From the NCBI GenBank assembly GCA_965249575.1, contig OZ252244.1:2752001-2816000 (forward strand): a DNA stretch of 64,000 nt, written 5' to 3'. A model generated the notes under the pieces. That model searched no databases. It was not told the DNA's origin and saw only the letters and a program-made list of their open reading frames with translations. The stretch's first letter is position 1. Every line of letters starts with the position of its first letter. This DNA is from Gemmatimonadales bacterium. Lineage in GTDB: Bacteria > Gemmatimonadota > Gemmatimonadetes > Gemmatimonadales > GWC2-71-9. This document shows positions 51,141 to 63,779 of the stretch, piece by piece. A program made the translations under genes and the position numbers.

Positions 51141-51895
51141 AACATCCCTCGGTACGCCGCAAGCTGCTGCGCGGGTTTGGCAAAGAGCTCGCGGACGAAG
51201 GCGGTTACCGGATTCTGTATAATCTCCTCTCTCGCTCCGATCTGCTCGAGACGGCCGGCATGCAGGACCGCGATCCGATCTCCAAGGGTCATGGCCTCGA
51301 AGATATCGTGGGTTACGAAGACGATTGTCTTCTTCAGCCGTTCCTTAAGGGTGAGCAGTTCCTGCTGTTGCGTGTCGCGCGTCAACGCGTCCAGTGCGCC
51401 GAAGGGTTCGTCCATCAAGAGATGCGCGGGGTCGGCCGCCAGCGCCCGTCCTACGCCGACACGTTGCTGCTGCCCACCCGACAGCTCTTCGGGAAACCGG
51501 CCGGCGTAGGTCTCCGCGTCCAGGCCGACGAGGGCGAGCAGCTCCCGGGCTCGATCCCGTCGCCGCGCCGCGGGCCAACCCAGAAGGCGCGGCACCATGG
51601 CCATGTTCTCCTCGACCGTCATGTGGGGGAACAGCCCGATTCCCTGGAACACGTAGCCGATCTTCCGACGCAGCGAGACTGGGTCCTGCCCGGCGATGTC
51701 CTCGCCGTCCATCTCTATCGTGCCGGAAGTGGGTTCCAGCAGCCGGTTTGCCAGCTTGAGAAGCGTTGTCTTACCTGAGCCGGAGGAGCCGAGGAGTACG
51801 AGGGTTTCGCCTTCGCGGACGTCCAGGGAGACATCGTCGACGGCAAGGTGGCTTCCGCCATCGAAGGACTTGGAGACGTGCTTGAAGGAGATCAT
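51137..51895 (-). CDS. Osmoprotectant ABC transporter ATP-binding protein
   Basis: GSSGSGKT, LSGGQQQRV, LLMDEPFGALD, FVTHD. Confidence 0.94.
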   Translation of the reverse strand: MISFKHVSKSFDGGSHLAVDDVSLDVREGETLVLLGSSGSGKTTLLKLANRLLEPTSGTIEMDGEDIAGQDPVSLRRKIGYVFQGIGLFPHMTVEENMAMVPRLLGWPAARRRDRARELLALVGLDAETYAGRFPEELSGGQQQRVGVGRALAADPAHLLMDEPFGALDALTRDTQQQELLTLKERLKKTIVFVTHDIFEAMTLGDRIAVLHAGRLEQIGAREEIIQNPVTAFVRELFAKPAQQLAAYRGML

Positions 51896-51926
51896 CGGCC
51901 GGGAAGCTGTTGACGCGCCGCGCGGC

Positions 51927-52205
51927 TCAATCGAGGATCAACCTGATCTGCACCGCGCATACCGAATCATCGTTCCAACGATCCGTTTCGATCACTTTGG
52001 CGTCTTCGACGGATGCGTCCGGCAACGCCAGAAACACGGCGGTGAGCCAATGCTCCAACAGCAATTCGTGATCGCCATCGGGGATGCCCGCTACGATGAT
52101 GTGGGAATCCGGATCTTGGGGGTCGTACTCGATGACGAACTGACCCAGCGTGTGTGACTGTGTAAACTGTTCCGTCTCGAGCAACGCGCTCTCGACGTCC
52201 CGCAT
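51927..52205 (-). CDS. Hypothetical acidic protein
   Basis: 92-aa ORF with GGAGG RBS, co-oriented within the cluster. Confidence 0.55.
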   Translation of the reverse strand: MRDVESALLETEQFTQSHTLGQFVIEYDPQDPDSHIIVAGIPDGDHELLLEHWLTAVFLALPDASVEDAKVIETDRWNDDSVCAVQIRLILD

Positions 52206-52339
52206 AGCACCCTCCTCGATTCGTTGGTGGTCTCGGTCCAGGCGCGGTCAAACTTACGTCCCGGCCGCCACCGCGTGGCCGTGGTGTGCGCATTCCGGTC
52301 GCCTGCCTGGATTCGGCGCCGGGAACCGAGCTCGACACA

Positions 52340-53227
52340 TCATGGTGCCGCGGTGACTTTCCACGGCGTCCGGAGGTCCATTTCGTGCGCGTCGGGTGTT
52401 GGTATCGACAAGAAGAATTCGGCATGGAGGTATCCGGTGTCCTCCAGCCCGGTCACCGGAAGGTCACGGTCCAGCAGCTCTGCCCGGACGCCCGCTCGTT
52501 CCTCATGATCCGCAAAACGACGTTGGACAAACGTCTGTCCGGTGAGTTTGTACGTGACGAGACCATGGTCGGAGCAGGTCTCGGCGATCCCGTCGTAGGG
52601 AAACATGCGAAGCACAAAGGAGGCGACCCATGGTTTGCGTGGACCGGTGGTCGATTCGAGGATGCGCGAGAAGGTGAGACCCGTGACATAACCGACGCAA
52701 CCGGTGGAGATCACAACGTCGGTTTCGCCGAGCGTGGTGAGCCGGGGCGGGTCGAAGGAATCGGATTCGAGATTACACGCAATACCGCTATCCAGCAGAG
52801 AGACTGATTCGGCGTAGCGGACCGCGCGGTTTGCGATGTCGAGTCCGGTGATGTGGAGGGACTGCGCCTGTGGAAGCCTGGAAAAAAACTCCCGATCCTT
52901 TTGTTCGAGGATGCGGCTGGATAGCTGGCGAAACTCCGGATCCGCGTACCGCCGATACAGGGAATCGAGCGAGAGATCGTACCGCAGCAGAGCGGCGTTG
53001 ACGCCATATGAGCAGCCGACGTCCACCACAGACAATTCCTCTCGGTTCCGCATCCGCCGGAGGTTGTCGAAGACGCGGTAGAATGTCGGCTTGGCACGCT
53101 CCGGGATCTGATATCCGCACGACCGCAGGACCGCGAAGTACTCTCGTGGGTCCGGCTGATCATAGACGTCGTCGAACTCGGCTTTGGCGTCGTTGGCCTG
53201 CTGGATCACTGCGGTAATGGAGGGCAT
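52340..53227 (-). CDS. Class I SAM-dependent methyltransferase-like protein
   Basis: FDDVYDQPDPREYF, VVDVGCSYGVNAALL, GLDIA, ISTGCVGYV, WVASFVLRMF. Confidence 0.85.
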   Translation of the reverse strand: MPSITAVIQQANDAKAEFDDVYDQPDPREYFAVLRSCGYQIPERAKPTFYRVFDNLRRMRNREELSVVDVGCSYGVNAALLRYDLSLDSLYRRYADPEFRQLSSRILEQKDREFFSRLPQAQSLHITGLDIANRAVRYAESVSLLDSGIACNLESDSFDPPRLTTLGETDVVISTGCVGYVTGLTFSRILESTTGPRKPWVASFVLRMFPYDGIAETCSDHGLVTYKLTGQTFVQRRFADHEERAGVRAELLDRDLPVTGLEDTGYLHAEFFLSIPTPDAHEMDLRTPWKVTAAP

Positions 53228-53317
53228 GGATACTCTCGGGTTGGGAACCGGGCCGACAGCGCGATCCTGTTGACACAAGACTTTTCTATGGAATTATTCT
53301 AACTCAACGTTGCGAAC

Positions 53318-53428
53318 GCGACCACTCTCGGACGGCTCGCCGACGAGCTGTCACTCAGTCAGTCGACAGTCACTGGGATCGCAGATCGGCTCGAGGCGCG
53401 GCAATTGGTGGCCCGCGTGCGTAGCGCG
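53318..53428 (+). pseudogene. MarR-family HTH internal fragment
   Basis: TTLGRLADELSLSQSTVTGIADRLEARQLVARVRS, divergent from the methyltransferase. Confidence 0.7.
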
Positions 53429-53430
53429 GG

Positions 53431-53573
53431 ATCGGCGAGGTAGACGGTCGCCATGCCACCTTCGCCCAGGTGACGCTCGATGCGGTAGCAGTCGGCGAGG
53501 GCGGTCGTGAGGCGGGTGGTGATCTCGGCCATCACGGGACCTGCGCCTTCAACTCCTCGGAGAAGTTCTCGAC
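53431..53573 (-). pseudogene. Kinase tail/head junction J2
   Basis: VENFSEELKAQVP* with TGATG overlap to MAEITTRLTTALADCYRIERHLGEGGMATVYLAD. Confidence 0.85.
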
Positions 53574-53786
53574 AGCGGCTCGGGCCTCCTTCTCCGTCAG
53601 GGTCCCCTTTTCGTTACCGAGACGACGGCTGCGCGTCGAGGCAGGAGGCCATCGGCCTCAAGTGGCACGACATCGAGGACGGGAAAATCCGAGTCCAACG
53701 GAGCAACAGTCGCGGATGCAAACTGACGTAGCGCCGCTGGACCACCGAAGCGCAGGACCGAGGGCAATGACAGATACGGAACTGCG

Positions 53787-54446
53787 CTACTTCGGCTGCG
53801 GCACGATCCGGATGTAGGGCAACGGTTGCTTCCAGCCGTCAGGGTATTTCGCCTTGGCGTCCTCGTTTGACACCGCGGGAAGGATGATCACATCTTCGCC
53901 CTGCTCCCAGTTCGCCGGTGTCGCTACCTTTTCCTGCGCCGTTAATTGGCAGGAGTCCAGTAACCTTAGGATCTCAGCGAAGTTGCGACCGGTGCTCATC
54001 GGATACGTCAGCGTCGCTTTGATCTTCTTGTCGGGGCCGATCACGAAAACCGACCTGGCCGTGGCGTTGTCGGCTGGCGTTCTTCCAGCGGACGTCTCAC
54101 CCGCATCTGCAGGCAACATGTCGTAGAGCTTGACCACCTTCAACTCGGGATCCCCTATCAGTGGGTAGTTGAGGGCGTGTCCCTGTGACGCCTCGATGTC
54201 CTTTGACCAGGCCCTGTGGTCGCTCACGCCATCGACGCTGATTCCCAGGATCTTACAGTTGCGTTGGCCGAACTTGTTCTTGAGACCCGCTACCGCGCCG
54301 AGCTCGGTGGTACAGACCGGCGTGAAATCCTTGGGATGCGAAAACAGGATCGCCCATCCGTCGCCGATCCACTCGTGGAAGTTGATGGTTCCGTCCGTCG
54401 TTTCGGCGGTGAAGTCGGGAGCGGTGTCGTTGATTCGCATTGTCAT
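53787..54446 (-). CDS. 1-Cys peroxiredoxin (Prx6 family)
   Basis: FSHPKDFTPVCTTELG, YPMSTGRNFAEILR, ATPANW. Confidence 0.95.
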   Translation of the reverse strand: MTMRINDTAPDFTAETTDGTINFHEWIGDGWAILFSHPKDFTPVCTTELGAVAGLKNKFGQRNCKILGISVDGVSDHRAWSKDIEASQGHALNYPLIGDPELKVVKLYDMLPADAGETSAGRTPADNATARSVFVIGPDKKIKATLTYPMSTGRNFAEILRLLDSCQLTAQEKVATPANWEQGEDVIILPAVSNEDAKAKYPDGWKQPLPYIRIVPQPK

Positions 54447-54504
54447 TGTGATCCTCCTCGAGGGATCGTACCCGTTGGAAGGTGGTAGGAATTTTTTCCG
54501 ATGA

Positions 54505-55028
54505 TGGCCTGGGCGGTGGACCCGTGTGTGGCGGGTCGCCCACCAACATCTCGTAGCTCACGCACGTCAGCGAATAGACATCGCTGCGGGCTGCGGCGAG
54601 TTCAGGGTGCAACACCTTCCCCGCCACCCCGCGGTGATACTTGAGATCCTCGGCCAGGTAGACCGTGGCCATTCCGCCCGCGCCAAGCTCGCGCTCGATG
54701 CGGTAGCGGTCGGCGGGGGCGGCGGTCAGGCGTTCCAGCTGGTCCGTCACGGCGTCCCTGCTTCCCCCGTCAGCCGCCGCACCTCCTCGAACCAGTTCGT
54801 GACAACCCGCAACACCATGTCCTCCGCTGGGTCATCCTGGATCATTATGAACCGCTTGCCGTCCGGCGACACATCGTAGCTCTGGTCGCCAGTCGAGCCG
54901 ACGTAGAGCGACCCGTCGAAGAGCGTGCGCGGCCGACCGGCAGAGAACGCCGGTTCCGTAGTCACATCCACTACCATCAGCCGCGTGCCGCTCAGGTAGA
55001 ACAGCTCGCGCCCATCCCGCGACCACAC
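54505..55028 (-). pseudogene. Kinase tail/head junction J3; head carries an internal deletion
   Basis: WSRDGRELFY..YDVSPDGKRF..VVTNWFEEVRRLTGEAGTP* with GTGA overlap to MTDQLERLTAAPADRY..ELAAA|RSDVYSLTCVSYEMLVGDPPHTGP. Confidence 0.88.
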
Positions 55029-55095
55029 GGGATCAGGCTAGGGATACCCCGGAACGGGGCGCGTTTTTGGCGCCCCGTTCCCACCGCACGAGTCC

Positions 55096-56607
55096 CTACC
55101 TCTGTCCTCCGGGTTTTTCTTGGAGGGCCTGGTGCCACTCGTGGAGCTGTTTGGCCGCGAGATCCCGTCCTCCAACGCCGAAGGCAACCGCTGCGGCTAC
55201 CGCGACGGCGCCCAGGGTGAGCCCAAAAGCCAGGGTGATGATTTCGTTGGCGATGCCGATCGCGCGGAGCGCCACGGCGCCCGCCAGAATGAGGATGGCG
55301 ATGCGCGCGAGCGCCGCCAGCGGTTTGGCGTACCGGGCCTGGCCAACGCTGATGGCAGTGACGGCCAGGTTGGCCAGATACAACCCCAACGCGAACACGG
55401 CGAGGGCCAGGACCACCCGGCCACCGAACGCGAGCAGCTCGGCGAATACGTCGGCGAGACTCCCGAACCCCAGCAGGTCGGCGGCCTCGACAGTGGCGAA
55501 CAGCATGATGGCGGCGAGGAGCAGCCACCCGGCGATCGTCGATGGGGTCCGATCGGGATGGTCGGCAGGTGCGGCAATACCAAGATGACCCACCAGCCCG
55601 TCGAACCCGGCACCCGTGAGCACGTTGCCCACGAGCCCCGACACCACGCGTCCCACGACGTAGGCGATCACCAGGACCAGCGAGGCCGCGAATAGATTCG
55701 GCATCGCGCCCAGCAGGGCGTCGAGCATGTTGCTCGCGGGGGCGGTGATCGCGTCCAGGTTGAGCGCGTTGAGCGCGCCCACGAGTACCGGGACCAGGAT
55801 GAGCACGTACACGATGAGGCCGACGAGATTCGAGAGCTTCTTGTCCCCGAGTGCCCGTGCGAACCCAACCCGCTCGCCTAGGCTATCCAGCCCTGCGGCC
55901 CCAGTGAGATTGGTCACGATCCGCTGTACGACCCGCGCCACGAACCACCCCACGGCCACGATGAACACGGCGGTGAGGACGTTGGGGGCATACTCCAGAA
56001 TCTTGTTGACAAGCGACTGCACCGGCTGCAGGAGGCCTTCGAGCGCCAACGTGCTGAGGATCGCCGGGAGGAACAGCAGGAAGACGAGCCAGTACACCAC
56101 GTCGCCTAACGTCTTGCTGAGCGGGACCCGCTCGGTCCTCTCGATATCCGCCGTATCGCCGACCCGTTCGTCCAGGTTCATGCGGGACAGGGCGCGGGTC
56201 GTCAGCATCCGCAGTCCGGTTGCCACCAACCACGCCGCCACCGCCAGGAACACGGCACCGAGGAGCTGCGGCGCAAAGGCCAGTAGTCGGTTAAGGAACG
56301 CGTTGAGCGGCTCGGTCAGCAGCGTCAGGCCCAACGCCTGAAAGAACGCCACGAGCACGAAGAGCATCAATGCGTAGAAGACGATCTTCCCGACCACGTT
56401 TTCGACCGGGAAGATCTTGCCTTTTTCTTTACCCACCACGAACTCGGCCATCCGATTGTCGAGCGTGGTGCGTCGGAGCGTGGCCTTCACGAGTGCGGCG
56501 ACGACCAGCGCCACCAGCCACCCCACGATCAGGATCGCCACGGCCGCGAGCAGGTTGGGGAGGTAGGCGAGCATCGGCTGTAACATCTCCTGCAGGTTTT
56601 GTCTCAT
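55096..56607 (-). CDS. Conserved TM-helix repeat protein (mechanosensitive channel/CmpX-like)
   Basis: Repeated YLPNLLAAVAILIVGWLVA-type units; AVAFGVGGRDLA C-terminus. Confidence 0.85.
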   Translation of the reverse strand: MRQNLQEMLQPMLAYLPNLLAAVAILIVGWLVALVVAALVKATLRRTTLDNRMAEFVVGKEKGKIFPVENVVGKIVFYALMLFVLVAFFQALGLTLLTEPLNAFLNRLLAFAPQLLGAVFLAVAAWLVATGLRMLTTRALSRMNLDERVGDTADIERTERVPLSKTLGDVVYWLVFLLFLPAILSTLALEGLLQPVQSLVNKILEYAPNVLTAVFIVAVGWFVARVVQRIVTNLTGAAGLDSLGERVGFARALGDKKLSNLVGLIVYVLILVPVLVGALNALNLDAITAPASNMLDALLGAMPNLFAASLVLVIAYVVGRVVSGLVGNVLTGAGFDGLVGHLGIAAPADHPDRTPSTIAGWLLLAAIMLFATVEAADLLGFGSLADVFAELLAFGGRVVLALAVFALGLYLANLAVTAISVGQARYAKPLAALARIAILILAGAVALRAIGIANEIITLAFGLTLGAVAVAAAVAFGVGGRDLAAKQLHEWHQALQEKPGGQR

Positions 56608-57003
56608 CGCACGTATCTCCGGGTATTGTGGGTCATCGACTGGAACGCTAGGGTTGCTTCAGGTTGCGCGAGGCGCGATCGGACTCGCTGACCACCTCGT
56701 CGAGTAGACGGCCGTTGGGAACCTAGATCGCCTTGCCTCGTCTGGAGGGCGGCAGGGCCAACGTCGGCCACGGGCGGAGATTTTCGCTTTCCTAACCGAC
56801 TAATATGTCCGCGTTGTACTGGCGCGGTTAGGCCGTTACTGAGGCAAGTGGGGCGGGTTCTAGGACATCCGGAGCGTCTTGGCCCGACCTTAGTCGCTGC
56901 TGGCCGCCTGACCCCACTCGTCGCATCTTGGTAGCGCCGCCAGCCGGAGCTGCTGCGCCGTGCCCAACACCTCGAAGCGTCTGATCGCCCCCCTGGTCTC
57001 CCG

Positions 57004-57246
57004 ATGACCGAGATCACCGCCCGGCTCTCCGCTTCGAGCCCGGCGTCAATCATCTTCTGCGTCACCTCAACCCTCGCCAGCGTCTCCACCTCCTTCACGG
57101 AGTACCCGGGATTCAATGCGCCGGGGGGCGACGACGTAACCGCCGCGATTCAGAAGGCGATCGACCAGCTCACCGGCGGCGGATCATTGCACGAAAACCG
57201 ATTGAGGCTGTGGTCGTCGAGGAAGACGCCACACCCGAGGATGTAG
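57004..57246 (+). pseudogene. Chimera of a kinase head stub and a pectate-lyase-like N-terminal motif
   Basis: MTEITARLSA then ..PGGDDVTAAIQKAIDQLTGGG. Confidence 0.5.
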
Positions 57247-57623
57247 CATCGGACTCGGACGACGAGCGACGCAGACATCGAGATAGGGGAAGACTCCGCT
57301 CAGCTGGCGACAGTGTCCGCCGGCGTCTTGGTGTTCTTTGCGGAGATCAGGATGGGGTACGTTTCGAGTTCCGTTAGCTGAAGTCGGCCTCCCGCCGTGG
57401 AGTCTTCGATCCGCAGTTTGAGCCACCCCACGATCCCGAAAGCGAACGGGGCCGGGAAACCCCCGACCCCTAACCCATATCAAAACCTCGGGTCGTGCCT
57501 AATTTGACGGAGTTCCCTGGGTCTGGTTGCTGGACCGGGTTCGCGTCCTCCACATCGGCATGGCTCGCCCGGTCGTGGAGATGCTCGTTGCGCGGTTCGT
57601 GCCGACGCACGTTGGCGAGCGGC

Positions 57624-59595
<1,972 letters not shown>

Positions 59596-59646
59596 GTCCT
59601 CGTGCCTCCATCTTCTAAGTCGCTGGCTATAAAGTATTTACAGAAA

Positions 59647-59711
59647 GCAGCACTCGGCGGCACTACGTGCTAACGAGCACGAAGAAAAATGGCCGCACGC
59701 CGCCTTGTCAA
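59647..59711 (-). promoter_or_regulatory. groESL promoter with degenerate CIRCE operator
   Basis: Minus-strand TTGACA at 59711-59706; TTAGCACGT-N9-GAGTGCTGC at 59673-59647 versus consensus TTAGCACTC-N9-GAGTGCTAA. Confidence 0.7.
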
Positions 59712-59837
59712 GCCCGCCACCGCAGAGACCGGGCAGACCCGTCGGACCCGCATGGGCCCGCGGCCGATCCGCTTCTCGTGGACCCTCACCTTCTTCACCA
59801 GCTGGAGGTGGTCCGGGCCTCCGGCGTCGAGAGGTCG

Positions 59838-60258
59838 ATGACTGAAGTAGACCGTCGCCATCCCACCGTGCCAAGTTCCCGCTCGATGCGGTAGCGGTCG
59901 GCGAGGGCGGCGGTGAGGCGGGCGAGCTGGTCCGTCACGGCGTTCCTGCTTTCCCCGCCAGCCGCCGCAATTCCTCGAACCAGTTGAGCACGACATGGAT
60001 TTCCCGCGCCGGGGCGTCAGGGTTCTTTACCTTCACCACGAACCGGGTTCCGTCAACCGCAACGTCATAGGCGTTGCCCGCCACGAAACCAGGCAAGTCG
60101 AAAAGCCGCCGGGGCTCTCGGCTGAACGCGTCCCCGGTACGCACCCTCGAGGCCATGAGCGTACTGTCTCGCCCAAAAAACAACTCGTTGCCCGCCACCG
60201 ACCAGCGTGGCTGAGTACCGCCATCCGTTGACACCTGCTGCTTCCCACCCAGCGCAGG
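59838..60258 (-). pseudogene. Kinase tail/head junction J4
   Basis: GGKQQVSTDGGTQPRWS..YDVAVDGTRF..VVLNWFEELRRLAGKAGTP* with GTGA overlap to MTDQLARLTAALADRYRIERELG(fs)GGMATVYF. Confidence 0.88.
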
Positions 60259-60261
60259 AAT

Positions 60262-60720
60262 GACATCGTGGCGCCTCTGGAGCACTGGCACTACGACGTC
60301 TGGAATGGGGCAGAGACCGACGGCGACCCAACCTTCGAGAACCGGAAACTCATCTTCCGTGGTGATGTGGACGGCAACATCGCGGGCGTGGAGTCGACGT
60401 TGGAGCCTCGAGCTGCTCCTGTTGTTTTCAAGAAACAACCCGATGCCCGGCTGTTCGATCCCGAGTACCTGCGTCGCTTTGCGGGAACGTATGTGACCGT
60501 AGACAACACGAAACTCACCGTCGATGTGGCCGGCGGCGTTCTCACTCTCACGGTTCCCGGTCAGCCGACCTACACCCTGGAGCCAGGACTGAGCGGACGG
60601 TTCGTGCTCCAGGAAGCCCGAGTCATGAGCCTGGAGTTCGTGGTGCCAGCCGGTGACAAGGCCACCAAGGTGCTCATCCATCAGCCCAGTAGCATTCGGG
60701 AAGCCGAACGGCTGGAGTAG
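60262..60720 (+). pseudogene. Serine hydrolase C-terminal (DUF3471-like) fragment
   Basis: PLEHWHYDVW..FRGDVDGNI..LEPRAAPVVFKK..YLRRFAGTY..VPGQPTYTL. Confidence 0.7.
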
Positions 60721-60795
60721 TGCAACCGCACCGTAGCGGCCAGTCGAGCTGGAGGACACCACCGCGACTCGGAGGCGCTATGTACCGCAGGTATT

Positions 60796-61057
60796 GGTGG
60801 CCATGCCACCCGCGCCGAGTTCGCGCTCGATGCGGTAGGGGGTGATCCAGCAGGGCGGCGATCTCGATCTCGCGAAGAAACCGCTCGCCCCCAAGCGCCG
60901 CTGCCAAGTCTGGACGTAACACCTTTACAGCGACCTGACGGTGATGTCTTAGGTCCTCCGCCAGGTAGACCGTCGCCATGCCGCCCGCACCGAGCTCACG
61001 CTCGATACGGTAGCGGTCCGCTAATGCTGTTTTGAGACGGTCGAGGAGGTCCGACAC
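60796..61057 (-). pseudogene. Two nested kinase head remnants
   Basis: MSDLLDRLKTALADRY..FLREIEIAALLDHP followed directly by a second YRIERELGAGGMAT (60837-60796). Confidence 0.85.
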
Positions 61058-61668
61058 TGCACCACGCTTGTCGGTGACCTGACTAGGATACGGCGCAGGG
61101 GGTCAGGCGGCCAAGGTGAGAAATGTCTCGCGAGAGGATCGAACAGTGAGACCTGAAACAGTAAACCCGAGAACAGCCGGGACGCCGCCACGGGTTGCGC
61201 CAAGTGCCACGAAGTCTCGAACCAGAGTTGACCGATGTCACGACTTCTCGCATTAATGACCGTTACCTCATGGAGGCTCACGCATGCCGCGGCCCGCAAT
61301 GTTTCTTTTTGCAGCTCTGGCTCTCGTCGTGTGTACGTCACGAGGCGAGACCCAGCAGAACAAGAAACGTAAGAACCAGGATCAGCCGGCCCAAGTCAGG
61401 CGCCGGGCCGCCGCGGTGATCGCCCGATCGGCGTACTTCACGTGGCAAACGGCGGTTCCCTAGGAGAGGCGACTAGCAAAGCGAGCCACCGAGGCGGACG
61501 AGGTACCGATTCGTTCGCCCGGCCGGGGTGTGCGCGTTCCGGCCGAGGTGATCTACGGGGCGACGCTGCTCACGCAGGGCCATACCGTCCTCACGTTTTG
61601 AGCCAGAGCAACGGGGCGGGTCCCAGGCCCGCCCCGCCGCCGTCGCACTATTGAAAGGAGCTTCGACA

Positions 61669-62565
61669 ATGACTGTTGCATCCCTCTACCACGAAGGTGA
61701 GCTACTCGTCCAGGAACGCACCGGTCAAGAGGTACAGGCGGAACAAAGCGGCGGTGTAATCTCTGAGCGTGTCATCCCCGGTGCCATCCCGTTCATCTCT
61801 CAGCAACAGATGGTGGTGCTCGGAAGCGTGGACGCCGATCAGAACGTCGGGGCGTCAGTGCTGTTCGGGCGGCCGGGGTTTATCTCAGCGGTGAACGACC
61901 GCACCGTGGACGTCGACCTGTCGCAGGCCGGCTACGATGAACACGATCCGCTCTGGGCCAACATCGCCGGTGATCCACGCGTCGGCATGCTGGTGATCGA
62001 GCTCGCCACCCGCAGGCGTCTCCGCGTCAACGGTAACCTCAAGCGCGCGGACGACGAGAGGCTGCGGCTCGACGTGATGGAGGCATACCCCAACTGCCCC
62101 AAGTACATCCAACGCCGTCACATCGCGAATGTCTCGCTGGGCGATTCACCGAAGGAAATTCAGTCGTGCGCGGGTGATATCCTGACCCCCTCACAGCGAC
62201 AGTCCATCGCCGAAGCCCACACCTGCTTCGTCGCGAGCGCACACCCCGAGCGTGGCGTTGATGCCTCGCACCGAGGAGGGAACCCAGGGTTCGTCGAGGT
62301 CCTGAACGAACGAACACTCCGTATCCCCGACTATGCCGGGAACGGCATGTTCAATACTCTCGGCAACTTCGTTGCGAACCCGCGAGCCGGCCTCCTCTTC
62401 ATCGACTTCGACACCAACCAGACGCTTCAGCTCGTCGGAAAACCGGAGATCCGGTTTGAGCTCGAGTCGTCTGTGGCAAGCGCGACACTCATCGCTGAGT
62501 ACAACCGCGAAACCCAATTTTTTGGGGAATCGCCGTCGATGCATGGATCGACGGCCGTGCGATAA
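61669..62565 (+). CDS. Pyridoxamine 5'-phosphate oxidase-like FMN-binding protein; C-terminus probably replaced after about 62460
   Basis: YHEGELLVQ, RRRLRVNG, EAYPNCPKYIQ, DASHRGGNPGFV, PDYAGNGMFNTLGN. Confidence 0.85.
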   Translation: MTVASLYHEGELLVQERTGQEVQAEQSGGVISERVIPGAIPFISQQQMVVLGSVDADQNVGASVLFGRPGFISAVNDRTVDVDLSQAGYDEHDPLWANIAGDPRVGMLVIELATRRRLRVNGNLKRADDERLRLDVMEAYPNCPKYIQRRHIANVSLGDSPKEIQSCAGDILTPSQRQSIAEAHTCFVASAHPERGVDASHRGGNPGFVEVLNERTLRIPDYAGNGMFNTLGNFVANPRAGLLFIDFDTNQTLQLVGKPEIRFELESSVASATLIAEYNRETQFFGESPSMHGSTAVR

Positions 62566-62705
62566 GGGAATCACCTATCTGCGGGTCGATTGAGTTACTT
62601 GCATGTACGCGCGAAGCGACGGCCTGGATCGCCAAAGTCGATGCCTACCACATAATACCAGTTCGGCCGCCAAGAGATTGGCTGCATGAGGGGCTGCGAG
62701 GACCG

Positions 62706-63689
62706 ATGATGGAAATGATGCGTGCGTTCGTGATCGAAGAGCCCGGCGGCCGGGAAAAGCTCAAGCTCCGAGAAATGCCCCGACCAGAGCCTCGCGACAG
62801 TTGGGTCTTGATTCACAACCGGGCATTCGGGCTCAACCGATCAGAGTGGTTCACACGACGGGGGCAGTCGCCCACCGTGGTGTTTCCCCGGGTGCTCGGC
62901 ATCGAATGCGTCGGTGAGGTGGTTGCCGCGCCTGGCACCAACCTGTCCCGTGGGACACGAGTCGCAGCGTTGATGGGTGGGATGGGGCGGCGGTTCGACG
63001 GGTCGTATGCAGAGTATGTTCTCGTTCCATCGCAGCATGTGTTCCCATTGAAGTCAAACCTGGGGTGGAAGATCCTCGGCGCGCTGCCTGAGATGCTGCA
63101 GACCGTCCATGGCTCGCTCCAGACTGGCCTCGAGATTGAGCGCGCTGAGAACCTCCTCGTGCGAGGCGCGACATCGTCCATCGGCTTTGCAACCATTGCG
63201 CTCGCGCGAGCGGCGGGTCTCGAGCTCACGGCGACCACCAGAAGTGCGACGAAGGCCGACAAACTTGTGGCCGCGGGAGCTACCCACGTGCTCGTGGATG
63301 ATGGATCCATCGCGCACAAAGCCCGAGCGATTTACCCAAATGGTTTCGACCGCGTCCTCGAGCTGGTGGGGGCCACGACATTGCTGGATTCACTGCAGGC
63401 GGCGCGACGAGGCGGCATTGTGTGCATGACCGGCATTCTTGGCGGTGGCTGGGTGTTATCGGAATTTCGCCCAATGGCTGATGTGCCAACTGGCGTAAAG
63501 TTGACCTCATACCCCGGTGAGTCGTCCGATATCACATCCGCGCAGCTTCAAGAATACGTCTCGCTCGTTGAGTCTGGTGAGCTCATGCTCACGTTCGGAC
63601 CGAGCTTCCCTTTCGAGAAGCTCCGGAAGGCACACACCGCGATGGACGAGAACATGGCCACTGGTAAGATGGTTATGGAAGTTGTCTGA
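62706..63689 (+). CDS. Zinc-binding alcohol dehydrogenase family / quinone oxidoreductase
   Basis: AFGLNRSE, GIECVG, GGMGRRFDGSYAEY, RGATSSIG, GKMVMEV. Confidence 0.92.
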   Translation: MMEMMRAFVIEEPGGREKLKLREMPRPEPRDSWVLIHNRAFGLNRSEWFTRRGQSPTVVFPRVLGIECVGEVVAAPGTNLSRGTRVAALMGGMGRRFDGSYAEYVLVPSQHVFPLKSNLGWKILGALPEMLQTVHGSLQTGLEIERAENLLVRGATSSIGFATIALARAAGLELTATTRSATKADKLVAAGATHVLVDDGSIAHKARAIYPNGFDRVLELVGATTLLDSLQAARRGGIVCMTGILGGGWVLSEFRPMADVPTGVKLTSYPGESSDITSAQLQEYVSLVESGELMLTFGPSFPFEKLRKAHTAMDENMATGKMVMEVV

Positions 63690-63779
63690 CCTTGGAGTAT
63701 TGGCGTCGCGTCACTGGTGAACACGAGGTTCAGCGAGGGTTGGTACCTCCGGCAAGAGCTGCGCTGAGGTTGCTACGTG

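Noticed and set aside
56791..56834. CCTAACC...GGTTAGGC as a second attC
   Set aside because: Only about 45 bp with no convincing inner L-box pairing
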